Shown here in pieces: positions 1 through 11,902 of a DNA stretch of 64,000 bases (position 1 is the stretch's first letter; every line of letters begins with the position of its first letter). Below the pieces are notes generated by a model that was not told the DNA's origin, did no database searches, and saw nothing but the letters and a program-made list of their open reading frames with translations. The translations under genes and the position numbers were made by a program. Source of the stretch: Eledone cirrhosa (Eukaryota); assembly GCA_964016885.1 (NCBI GenBank), contig OZ024755.1, forward strand, positions 23,436,001 through 23,500,000, given 5' to 3'.

Positions 1-26
1 ATAGTGTCCAATTAAATAATATTGAA

Positions 27-197
27 CCCTTTAGCATTTAAATTATTCTATATGTATTGTTATATTTTCATGGTAAAGGCTTTATCTCTTTTGAGAACAC
101 TACCTTAACATAGGTATGAGTGGCCAGTTACAGCCGGTTTGAACAGAAAGAGGTGAAAGACTTCCGGCCGGATACGGCTGGTTTAAATGCTAAAGGG
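27..197. mobile_element. TTAA-type (piggyBac-like) MITE family A; roughly 20 copies in the window
   Basis: TIR CCCTTTAGCATTTA...TAAATGCTAAAGGG, usually flanked by TTAA; 170-230 bp. Other copies at ~21340-21556, 26905-27102, 30704-30924, 31065-31178, 33688-33896, 35499-35705, 36820-37044, 47986-48195, 53048-53238, 57306-57641, 61905-62098 and 62891-63102. Confidence 0.88.
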
Positions 198-1253
198 TTA
201 AAAAGGATCTTTTCTCTATTGAACATCAATACTGAACCTCAAACAGTGAATGAAATTAAAAATCTAATAAATAAATATTGAAGATTAAAAGAAAATAATT
301 TGATGAAATATAGAAATAATTACAAGAAATCATTATGAAGGCAAAGTCATATATTAAAACTTGATAGATTTATAACAAGATCTAACTAATTAAAATCAGA
401 AAAACTAATGGAGAAATTTTGTATATTTTGTGACAAAAAGACATTAGTAGAATTAGGAGTTCAAAATATACCCCAATCCCAACAAAGAATCAAATACATA
501 CATACTTGAGAAAGAGAAAAGGATAAGAAAGCTTTAATAATTGTTTTTATGAAAGGTATATGAATGAGCCTGAATTTTATCACAGTGAACTAAACTTTCT
601 CTTTATCCTTTCTCCATACACAAGTCCAACACAAAAAACTAATTTCTATTTGCTTCAGTGCATTATTGATGGACAAGAAAAATATTTGTGTATGTGTGTT
701 CGCACACATGCACCAGGAAATTGGGCTTGACAATAGGAGGCACATTGAAAATAACTTGTTTGTTTAGTAAAAATAATCTTTACTGAATTAGGTAAACATC
801 AGAATATTGAAAATGTTAAAGAAGAAAGAATACTTTGAACGTTAGCAAATAAACTCAAAGAGAAGAGAGGCTTTGATTTGCTATGTCTTATGAACAGTTA
901 ACATTAACACAGACGCATACACTAGGTCTTATTACTATAGCTACACACATAAACACAGACATATACATAGGTCTTATTACTATAACTATATACAAATAAT
1001 AGCCGAGAAAGAAAAAAAAAGACTCAAGTTTCTAGAAAACTGAAGAGTGGAGCAGGTTTTAAAAGAGACACAGAACTAGAATTTAGAAGCCATTCCTCAC
1101 TGACTATTTCAGAAGAAATTCAACTATTAATGAAACAGAGAATATTAGAAAGAAACAAAGATCAAGTCAAAATTTCTTATAATTTTGTAATTCATCATTT
1201 ACAAAATCAATTCATCATTTTCTTTCTTTAAATTAGTACCAAATAATTGCATA

Positions 1254-2073
1254 ATAATTGTTTCTACTTTAGGCACAAAGCCAGCAATTTTTGGGGGAGG
1301 GGAAGAAAGTCGATTAAATCAACCCCAGTCCAATACTGAAACTTTATTTTATCAACTCTGTAAGGATGAAAGGCAAAGCTAACGTTAGCGGGATTTGAAC
1401 TCAGAGCTTAAAGGGTTGTAACTATATGCTACAAAGCATGGTGTCTGATGCTCTATCGATACTGCCAATCCACTGGCACAATAATTGCATATTGATAATA
1501 ATGGTTTCTGATTTAGGCCCAAGGTCAGCAATTTGGGAGAGGGGAAAGTTGACCTTGGCGGGATTTGAACTTAGAGCGCAGACAGCCAGAACAAATACTG
1601 CAAAGTGTTCTACCTGATGCTCTAACGACTCAGCTAATACACAATAATAATGATAAAATAATAATAATTGTTTCTACTTTTGGTACAAGGCCAGCAATTA
1701 CCCAGTACATTACTGGTACTTTATTTTATCGACCCTGTAAGGCAAAGTTAACCTTGGCGGGATTTGAACTCAGACCATAAAGGGACGTAACTATGCTGGA
1801 AAGCATGGCGTCCGACTCTCTACCGATACTGCCAATAATAATAATAATAATGATTTCTGATTTAGGCACAAGGCCAGCAATTTTTTTTGGGGGGGGGGGG
1901 GGGGGGGTTGCTGAAATCGACCCCAGTGCATTACTGGTACTTTATTTTATTAACCCTGTAAGGATGAAAGGCAAAGCTAACCTTGGCAGGATTTGAACTC
2001 AGAATATAAAGGGTCATAATTCTATGCCGTAAAGCATGTCTGACACTCTACTGATTCTGCCAATCCACTGCCT
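1254..2073 (-). mobile_element. Cluster of four tandem SINE family 1 copies downstream of the MINDY stop codon
   Basis: Four reverse-complement SINE-1 units separated by (AAT)n tails. Confidence 0.88.
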
Positions 2074-3283
2074 TTAATAATCCATAATAATAATAATAAT
2101 GGTGACGATAATAGTAATAACAATAATAAAATATTTTTATTTTTACATCAACATCTTTTGTTTTCTTTCTCTGAAAGAAAGCAAATTAGATGAACAGTAG
2201 CTTGGAAGATATCTTAATTTTTAACAACAGAAACAGATACTGTTATCCAGATAAATGAGAAAAATTAAACCAAATAGTAGGAAACTAATATTAGTACTAG
2301 TCTAAAAACCATCATCACTATTCACTTTGTTAAAGATGAAAATAATATTAAAAAAACAACAACTTACCAACTGTTGATTTAATCTTTAGCACACTCTTAG
2401 GCGCCTTATGGCACCAATAGAGTTATCTCCCCTTAATGCATAATGTAGTATCAAGGGAAGCAATTCAGTGTGCAGAAGGTTAATTAAGCAAATAAAGATT
2501 CAATACCTGACCCTATGAACAACAACCTAGTTTAAATACATAAATAATTATTGTGGTTATATAGGAAAATTAAATAACATTGAAAAATACCTTCCTTGGT
2601 TAGAATGGAAGGGTTATGTGAAGGGATCTGATAAAACATTAGCTTTGAATAACATTTACATAAACATAACAGGAACCCTCAACAAAATATTTACTAAAAT
2701 TTGATTTCTTCTAAGAAACATAAGGAATTAGAAAGCCAAAGACATATTCTTAATTTAATCTCCATAATATTTTTAACAGCAACACGGAATCAACTAGAAG
2801 GTAAAGTTTATTAAACAAAAAACAATTTAACAAGATTGCTCTCATCTTGTTATAGATTTTAATAATATTTTTATTTGAAATCTTTTATTTTTATGCAATT
2901 TTTATATGGTGAAAATAGTAGCTCTTGAGGCAATTTAACAAGGGAACAACTGTGAGGTTGCTGTATTTCCAGACCTGTCACCTCAACCACACAATGTAAA
3001 CCATATATGTAAAAATGAAAAAGGCCATTTAATTTTTTTGTTTTAATATTCAGTAAGGTATTCTATATGTATTATCATGAAAATTAAATATAAACAATGT
3101 ATGCACTTTGGCTGGTAGTCACAACTTCTGTGGATTCTAGAAACCGTACAAAATTTGATTGTACAAACACATTTCAGTTACTGTATTCTTACCCAAACCC
3201 ACTTAATATTGTTTAAAGCATATTGAAGACTATAAAAGATTAGTATAGCTTTGTCAAAACGTTGTTACTGAACTGGACTTTCT

Positions 3284-3298
3284 TCATAAAATGGTACA
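3284..3298 (-). CDS. MINDY1/2: MINDY1/2 terminal coding exon: CaaX box CTIL plus stop
   Basis: Strong acceptor tattttcttcttttcag|TGT ACC ATT TTA TGA, in phase with the upstream ...DKES. Vertebrate MINDY1/2 end in CILL/CVIL. Confidence 0.88.
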   Translation of the reverse strand, partial: CTIL

Positions 3299-3390
3299 CT
3301 GAAAAGAAGAAAATAGTAAAATAGTATTAGAATTATCTTTTTGAAAGAGTGTATTAAAAATATTTTAATAAAAAAAAAAAAAATGAATGA

Positions 3391-5805
3391 ACGTATATGA
3401 AATGGCAAAGACTGATTGTACACTGCAGTCTAGGTAATGTATATGAAATGGCAAAGACTGATTGTACACTGCAGTCTAGGTAATGTATATGAAATGGCAA
3501 AGACTGATTGTACACTGCAGTCTAGGTAATGTATATGAAATAGCAAAGACTGATTGTACACTGCAGTCTAGGTAATGTATATGAAATGGCAAAGACTGAT
3601 TGTACACTGCAGTCTAGGTAATGTATATGAAATGGCAAAGACTGATTGTACACTGCAGTCTAGGTAATGTATATGAAATGGCAAAGACTGATTGTACACT
3701 GCAGTCTAGGTAATGTATATGAAATAGCAAAGACTGATTGTACACTGCAGTCTAGGTAATGTATATGAAATAGCAAAGACTGATTGTACACTGCAGTCTA
3801 GGTAATGTATATGAAATGGCAAAGACTGATTGTACACTGCAGTCTAGGTAATGTATATGAAATAGCAAAGACTGATTGTACACTGCAGTCTAGGTAATGT
3901 ATATGAAATGGCAAAGACTGACTGTACACTGCAGTCTAGGTAATGTATATGAAATGGCAAAGACTGACTGTACACTGCAGTCTAGGTAATGTATATGAAA
4001 TGGCAAAGACTGATTGTACACTGCAGTCTAGGTAATGTATATGAAATGGCAAAGACTGATTGTACACTGCAGTCTAGGTAATGTATATGAAATGGCAAAG
4101 ACTGACTGTACACTGCAGTCTAGGTAATGTATATGAAATAGCAAAGACTGATTGTACACTGCAGTCTAGGTAATGTATATGAAATGGCAAAGACTGATTG
4201 TACACTGCAGTCTAGGTAATGTATATGAAATGGCAAAGACTGACTGTACACTGCAGTCTAGGTAATGTATATGAAATGGCAAAGACTGATTGTACACTGC
4301 AGTCTAGGTAATGTATATGAAATGGCAAAGACTGACTGTACACTGCAGTCTAGGTAATGTATATGAAATAGCAAAGACTGATTGTACACTGCAGTCTAGG
4401 TAATGTATATGAAATGGCAAAGACTGATTGTACACTGCAGTCTAGGTAATGTATATGAAATGGCAAAGACTGACTGTACACTGCAGTCTAGGTAATGTAT
4501 ATGAAATGGCAAAGACTGATTGTACACTGCAGTCTAGGTAATGTATATGAAATGGCAAAGACTGATTGTACACTGCAGTCTAGGTAATGTATATGAAATG
4601 GCAAAGACTGATTGTACACTGCAGTCTAGGTAATGTATATGAAATGGCAAAGACTGATTGTACACTGCAGTCTAGGTAATGTATATGAAATGGCAAAGAC
4701 TGACTGTACACTGCAGTCTAGGTAATGTATATGAAATGGCAAAGACTGATTGTACACTGCAGTCTAGGTAATGTATATGAAATGGCAAAGACTGATTGTA
4801 CACTGCAGTCTAGGTAATGTATATGAAATGGCAAAGACTGATTGTACACTGCAGTCTAGGTAATGTATATGAAATGGCAAAGACTGATTGTACACTGCAG
4901 TCTAGGTAACGTATATGAAATGGCAAAGACTGACTGTACACTGCAGTCTAGGTAATGTATATGAAATGGCAAAGACTGACTGTACACTGCAGTCTAGGTA
5001 ATGTATATGAAATGGCAAAGACTGATTGTACACTGCAGTCTAGGTAATGTATATGAAATGGCAAAGACTGACTGTACACTGCAGTCTAGGTAATGTATAT
5101 GAAATAGCAAAGACTGATTGTACACTGCAGTCTAGGTAATGTATATGAAATGGCAAAGACTGATTGTACACTGCAGTCTAGGTAATGTATATGAAATGGC
5201 AAAGACTGACTGTACACTGCAGTCTAGGTAATGTATATGAAATGGCAAAGACTGATTGTACACTGCAGTCTAGGTAATGTATATGAAATGGCAAAGACTG
5301 ATTGTACACTGCAGTCTAGGTAATGTATATGAAATGGCAAAGACTGACTGTACACTGCAGTCTAGGTAATGTATATGAAATGGCAAAGACTGATTGTACA
5401 CTGCAGTCTAGGTAATGTATATGAAATGGCAAAGACTGATTGTACACTGCAGTCTAGGTAATGTATATGAAATGGCAAAGACTGACTGTACACTGCAGTC
5501 TAGGTAATGTATATGAAATGGCAAAGACTGATTGTACACTGCAGTCTAGGTAATGTATATGAAATGGCAAAGACTGATTGTACACTGCAGTCTAGGTAAT
5601 GTATATGAAATGGCAAAGACTGACTGTACACTGCAGTCTAGGTAATGTATATGAAATGGCAAAGACTGATTGTACACTGCAGTCTAGGTAATGTATATGA
5701 AATGGCAAAGACTGATTGTACACTGCAGTCTAGGTAATGTATATGAAATGGCAAAGACTGACTGTACACTGCAGTCTAGGTAATGTATATGAAATGGCAA
5801 AGACT
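3391..5805. repeat. 46-bp tandem array, left block (~52 units)
   Basis: Unit TGTATATGAAAT(G/A)GCAAAGACTGA(T/C)TGTACACTGCAGTCTAGGTAA; period 46 read directly (e.g. 3393 to 3439). Confidence 0.99.
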
Positions 5806-5880
5806 TGTAGCGGTTGTCTCCCTTGTTTTGATTAGGATCTAGACGGGAAGTGGAACCCTTTCTGCAACTTCCGGTCAGAG

Positions 5881-6110
5881 CCCTATAAAACTAACAACTT
5901 TGGGCTTCCTCTCTCTCTTTGCCTTTTCGGCACCAGGTCAAGAGTCTTCTCATTTGGCTCTGCCATTAATTTGGCCAACAGGCGCCTGGCCTTAGCCAGG
6001 CGCCCTCTGCCAGCCGCGTTTGCCTGGCAATCAAAACGGTAACTACTAACTTTGTTTCATTCTAACATCTATCTTTGACATGTCAAGTATTCTATCTACC
6101 GTTAATTAAA
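5881..6110 (+). promoter_or_regulatory. LTR promoter and polyadenylation signals
   Basis: TATAAAA at ~5884 and ATTAAA at ~6105 within the 5' LTR; both are repeated in the 3' LTR. Confidence 0.55.
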
Positions 6111-6172
6111 TATTATATACACAAACATTGTCTCGTTTTGTTACATTCATACAACCAGTAATATCGCTATAT

Positions 6173-6204
6173 TGGTGACCCCGACGTGATACGAACACGC
6201 AGCC
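6173..6204 (+). promoter_or_regulatory. Primer-binding site complementary to the tRNA-Trp 3' end (extended)
   Basis: TGGTGACCCCGACGTGAT-a-CGAACACGCAGCC is the complement of metazoan tRNA-Trp(CCA) ...GGCUGCGUGUUCGAAUCACGUCGGGGUCACCA (tRNA sequence recalled, not searched). Confidence 0.88.
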
Positions 6205-7811
6205 GTTCATCGCTATAAGTGGTCACCCCCAAAAAAAGAAAAAAATAGCACATCTGGTTTTGTGAGTAACATTACGAATACACAGCAAATTTAGCGACAA
6301 ACTATGAAAATACTCAAGGACACGCACACACGCACATGTGGAATTCGCACAGACATACTTTTTCTCTCACGCATCAATTAACTGTCGCATTTCACCAATA
6401 TATATATATATGTTTCTCGTTTCTTACAACGAACACTTTCAAAACAAAAGAAAACATTTCACGATATATATATATATATGTTTCTCGTTTCTTACAACGA
6501 ACTCTTTCAAAACACAAAAAAAAAAAAAAGTTCTAGTTTTTTGTTTTTTTCCAAAGTTCACACCTATAATTATGCTGATTGAAGCCTTTCTTTTTCATCA
6601 TTGTCACTTTCAAAATTGCACTATCATTTTCTCGCGCGTTAGAAATATTTTTTTTCAACCTTGTATTGGCACGTGTAGGCAGCATAAATTCTCGATTCAC
6701 TGAGATGTCTCTTACTCACAGACAGCCGCACGCCAGAGATAGCATTTCTCCCCCAAGGATTCTTCAGCCTTAAGCTATATTCTTCTATTTGCCGGTTTAT
6801 AAGTTTACAATGTAAATTTACCGTTGATAACCGCGCATTTATTAAGAATGCTTATTTCTCTGGTCGCTGGCCTCTTGACCCTTCCAGGTCAACGCATTCT
6901 CAACATCGACCATCAACTTCGGCTGCTATTTCTAGCACTTTGCGCAATTCATTTTTTTCTAAAAAAAAAATTTTTTACTGTGAATTTAAACACCGAATAC
7001 GCTCACTCAGCGAGACAACAGCAGCAGCAACAGCAATACATCAATACAGCTTCACCAAAGCCAGAGAATTCATTTTTGCAGCACTCTTCCTGTGAGAAAA
7101 TCCATTCGGAGGTTGGAAATTTCACGATGTACCACAGAACAGAAACCACCTGCATTCATTCTCTGGAACACACTTTCTTTCCAGCTGTCATGTGATTGCA
7201 CACCTGTGAACTATATTTTGAACTTTGAGCTCTTCTATTACTTTTACTTTATTACATTGTATCTTTGGGTGATGGATAGATGGATGTCCAGTCGTTCTCT
7301 GGCCAAGAGCGGTTGGCTACCTTGATATCTATCATTGATTTTTCCAAACATTCTTTTGTCGTAATTTTCATGCCTGTTACAACATTCTCGCCAACTTGCT
7401 ACATATTTTCATTTCGATTTTTATACACAAATTCTGGCGGGAGGTTATGTAGCGGTTGTCTCCCTTGTTTTGATTAGGATCTAGACGGGAAGTGGAACCC
7501 TTTCTGCAACTTCCGGTCAGAGCCCTATAAAACTAACAACTTTGGGCTTCCTCTCTCTCTTTGCCTTTTCGGCACCAGGTCAAGAGTCTTCTCATTTGGC
7601 TCTGCCATTAATTTGGCCAACAGGCGCCTGGCCTTAGCCAGGCGCCCTCTGCCAGCCGCGTTTGCCTGGCAATCAAAACGGTAACTACTAACTTTGTTTC
7701 ATTCTAACATCTATCTTTGACATGTCAAGTATTCTATCTACCGTTAATTAAATATTATATACACAAACATTGTCTCGTTTTGTTACATTCATACAACCAG
7801 TAATATCGCTA

Positions 7812-10800
7812 AGACTGATTGTACACTGCAGTCTAGGTAATGTATATGAAATGGCAAAGACTGATTGTACACTGCAGTCTAGGTAATGTATATGAAATGG
7901 CAAAGACTGACTGTACACTGCAGTCTAGGTAATGTATATGAAATGGCAAAGACTGATTGTACACTGCAGTCTAGGTAATGTATATGAAATGGCAAAGACT
8001 GATTGTACACTGCAGTCTAGGTAATGTATATGAAATGGCAAAGACTGACTGTACACTGCAGTCTAGGTAATGTATATGAAATGGCAAAGACTGATTGTAC
8101 ACTGCAGTCTAGGTAATGTATATGAAATGGCAAAGACTGATTGTACACTGCAGTCTAGGTAATGTATATGAAATGGCAAAGACTGACTGTACACTGCAGT
8201 CTAGGTAATGTATATGAAATGGCAAAGACTGATTGTACACTGCAGACACTGCAGTCTAGGTAATGTATATGAAATGGCAAAGACTGATTGTACACTGCAG
8301 TCTAGGTAACGTATATGAAATGGCAAAGACTGACTGTACACTGCAGTCTAGGTAATGTATATGAAATGGCAAAGACTGACTGTACACTGCAGTCTAGGTA
8401 ATGTATATGAAATGGCAAAGACTGATTGTACACTGCAGACTGATTGTACACTGCAGTCTAGGTAATGTATATGAAATGGCAAAGACTGACTGTACACTGC
8501 AGTCTAGGTAATGTATATGAAATGGCAAAGACTGATTGTACACTGCAGTCTAGGTAATGTATATGAAATGGCAAAGACTGACTGTACACTGCAGTCTAGG
8601 TAATGTATATGAAATGGCAAAGACTGATTGTACACTGCAGTCTAGGTAATGTATATGAAATGGCAAAGACTGACTGTACACTGCAGTCTAGGTAATGTAT
8701 ATGAAATGGCAAAGACTGACTGTACACTGCAGTCTAGGTAATGTATATGAAATGGCAAAGACTGATTGTACACTGCAGTCTAGGTAATGTATATGAAATG
8801 GCAAAGACTGACTGTACACTGCAGTCTAGGTAATGTATATGAAATGGCAAAGACTGATTGTACACTGCAGTCTAGGTAATGTATATGAAATGGCAAAGAC
8901 TGACTGTACACTGCAGTCTAGGTAATGTATATGAAATGGCAAAGACTGATTGTACACTGCAGTCTAGGTAATGTATATGAAATGGCAAAGACTGACTGTA
9001 CACTGCAGTCTAGGTAATGTATATGAAATGGCAAAGACTGATTGTACACTGCAGTCTAGGTAATGTATATGAAATGGCAAAGACTGACTGTACACTGCAG
9101 TCTAGGTAATGTATATGAAATGGCAAAGACTGACTGTACACTGCAGTCTAGGTAATGTATATGAAATGGCAAAGACTGACTGTACACTGCAGTCTAGGTA
9201 ATGTATATGAAATGGCAAAGACTGATTGTACACTGCAGTCTAGGTAATGTATATGAAATGGCAAAGACTGACTGTACACTGCAGTCTAGGTAATGTATAT
9301 GAAATGGCAAAGACTGATTGTACACTGCAGTCTAGGTAATGTATATGAAATGGCAAAGACTGACTGTACACTGCAGTCTAGGTAATGTATATGAAATGGC
9401 AAAGACTGATTGTACACTGCAGTCTAGGTAATGTATATGAAATGGCAAAGACTGACTGTACACTGCAGTCTAGGTAATGTATATGAAATGGCAAAGACTG
9501 ACTGTACACTGCAGTCTAGGTAATGTATATGAAATGGCAAAGACTGATTGTACACTGCAGTCTAGGTAATGTATATGAAATGGCAAAGACTGACTGTACA
9601 CTGCAGTCTAGGTAATGTATATGAAATGGCAAAGACTGATTGTACACTGCAGTCTAGGTAATGTATATGAAATGGCAAAGACTGACTGTACACTGCAGTC
9701 TAGGTAATGTATATGAAATGGCAAAGACTGATTGTACACTGCAGTCTAGGTAATGTATATGAAATGGCAAAGACTGACTGTACACTGCAGTCTAGGTAAT
9801 GTATATGAAATGGCAAAGACTGATTGTACACTGCAGTCTAGGTAATGTATATGAAATGGCAAAGACTGACTGTACACTGCAGTCTAGGTAATGTATATGA
9901 AATGGCAAAGACTGACTGTACACTGCAGTCTAGGTAATGTATATGAAATGGCAAAGACTGATTGTACACTGCAGTCTAGGTAATGTATATGAAATGGCAA
10001 AGACTGACTGTACACTGCAGTCTAGGTAATGTATATGAAATGGCAAAGACTGACTGTACACTGCAGTCTAGGTAATGTATATGAAATGGCAAAGACTGAT
10101 TGTACACTGCAGTCTAGGTAATGTATATGAAATGGCAAAGACTGATTGTACACTGCAGTCTAGGTAATGTATATGAAATGGCAAAGACTGACTGTACACT
10201 GCAGTCTAGGTAATGTATATGAAATGGCAAAGACTGACTGTACACTGCAGTCTAGGTAATGTATATGAAATGGCAAAGACTGACTGTACACTGCAGTCTA
10301 GGTAATGTATATGAAATGGCAAAGACTGACTGTACACTGCAGTCTAGGTAATGTATATGAAATGGCAAAGACTGACTGTACACTGCAGTCTAGGTAATGT
10401 ATATGAAATGGCAAAGACTGATTGTACACTGCAGTCTAGGTAATGTATATGAAATGGCAAAGACTGACTGTACACTGCAGTCTAGGTAATGTATATGAAA
10501 TGGCAAAGACTGACTGTACACTGCAGTCTAGGTAATGTATATGAAATGGCAAAGACTGATTGTACACTGCAGTCTAGGTAATGTATATGAAATGGCAAAG
10601 ACTGATTGTACACTGCAGTCTAGGTAATGTATATGAAATGGCAAAGACTGACTGTACACTGCAGTCTAGGTAATGTATATGAAATGGCAAAGACTGATTG
10701 TACACTGCAGTCTAGGTAATGTATATGAAATGGCAAAGACTGACTGTACACTGCAGTCTAGGTAATGTATATGAAATGGCAAAGACTGACTGTACACTGC

Positions 10801-11902
10801 AGTCTAGGTAATGTATATGAAATAGCAAAGACTGACTGTACACTGCAGTCTAGGTAATGTATATGAAATGGCAAAGACTGACTGTACACTGCAGTCTAGG
10901 TAATGTATATGAAATGGCAAAGACTGACTGTACACTGCAGTCTAGGTAATGTATATGAAATGGCAAAGACTGATTGTACACTGCAGTCTAGGTAATGTAT
11001 ATGAAATGGCAAAGACTGATTGTACACTGCAGTCTAGGTAATGTATATGAAATGGCAAAGACTGACTGTACACTGCAGTCTAGGTAATGTATATGAAATG
11101 GCAAAGACTGACTGTACACTGCAGTCTAGGTAATGTATATGAAATGGCAAAGACTGATTGTACACTGCAGTCTAGGTAATGTATATGAAATGGCAAAGAC
11201 TGATTGTACACTGCAGTCTAGGTAATGTATATGAAATGGCAAAGACTGACTGTACACTGCAGTCTAGGTAATGTATATGAAATGGCAAAGACTGACTGTA
11301 CACTGCAGTCTAGGTAATGTATATGAAATGGCAAAGACTGATTGTACACTGCAGTCTAGGTAATGTATATGAAATGGCAAAGACTGACTGTACACTGCAG
11401 TCTAGGTAATGTATATGAAATGGCAAAGACTGATTGTACACTGCAGTCTAGGTAATGTATATGAAATGGCAAAGACTGACTGTACACTGCAGTCTAGGTA
11501 ATGTATATGAAATAGCAAAGACTGATTGTACACTGCAGTCTAGGTAATGTATATGAAATGGCAAAGACTGATTGTACACTGCAGTCTAGGTAATGTATAT
11601 GAAATGGCAAAGACTGACTGTACACTGCAGTCTAGGTAATGTATATGAAATGGCAAAGACTGATTGTACACTGCAGTCTAGGTAATGTATATGAAATGGC
11701 AAAGACTGACTGTACACTGCAGTCTAGGTAATGTATATGAAATGGCAAAGACTGACTGTACACTGCAGTCTAGGTAATGTATATGAAATGGCAAAGACTG
11801 ACTGTACACTGCAGTCTAGGTAATGTATATGAAATGGCAAAGACTGACTGTACACTGCAGTCTAGGTAATGTATATATAATGGTGAAAACTGACTGTACA
11901 CT
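7812..11902. repeat. 46-bp tandem array, right block (~89 units)
   Basis: Same unit resumes in register after the LTR element. Small irregularities at ~8246 (9-bp duplication) and ~8438 (partial unit); the terminal unit at 11862-11902 is divergent. Confidence 0.99.

Larger units (their letters stand above)
5806..7811 (+). mobile_element. Non-autonomous LTR retroelement (TRIM/LARD-like, probably Gypsy-dependent)
   Basis: Direct terminal repeats 5806-6171 and 7448-7811 appear identical over 364 bp and begin TGTAGCG. PBS at 6173; purine-rich tract TCTGGCGGGAGG before the 3' LTR; TSD AGACT (5801-5805 and 7812-7816). The internal 1.28 kb has no gag/pol-like ORF. Confidence 0.95.

Noticed and set aside
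2171-2367. Possible intron in the MINDY 3' UTR
   Set aside because: Splice-like sites are present, but the extent of the UTR is unknown and nothing else supports it.
6336-7477. ORFs of 64-123 aa inside the LTR element
   Set aside because: They are low-complexity with no gag, protease, RT or integrase motifs.
3391-11902. CRISPR-like array or repetitive coding sequence
   Set aside because: There are no unique spacers and no cas genes, the context is eukaryotic, and the unit is not a multiple of 3 and contains stop codons.
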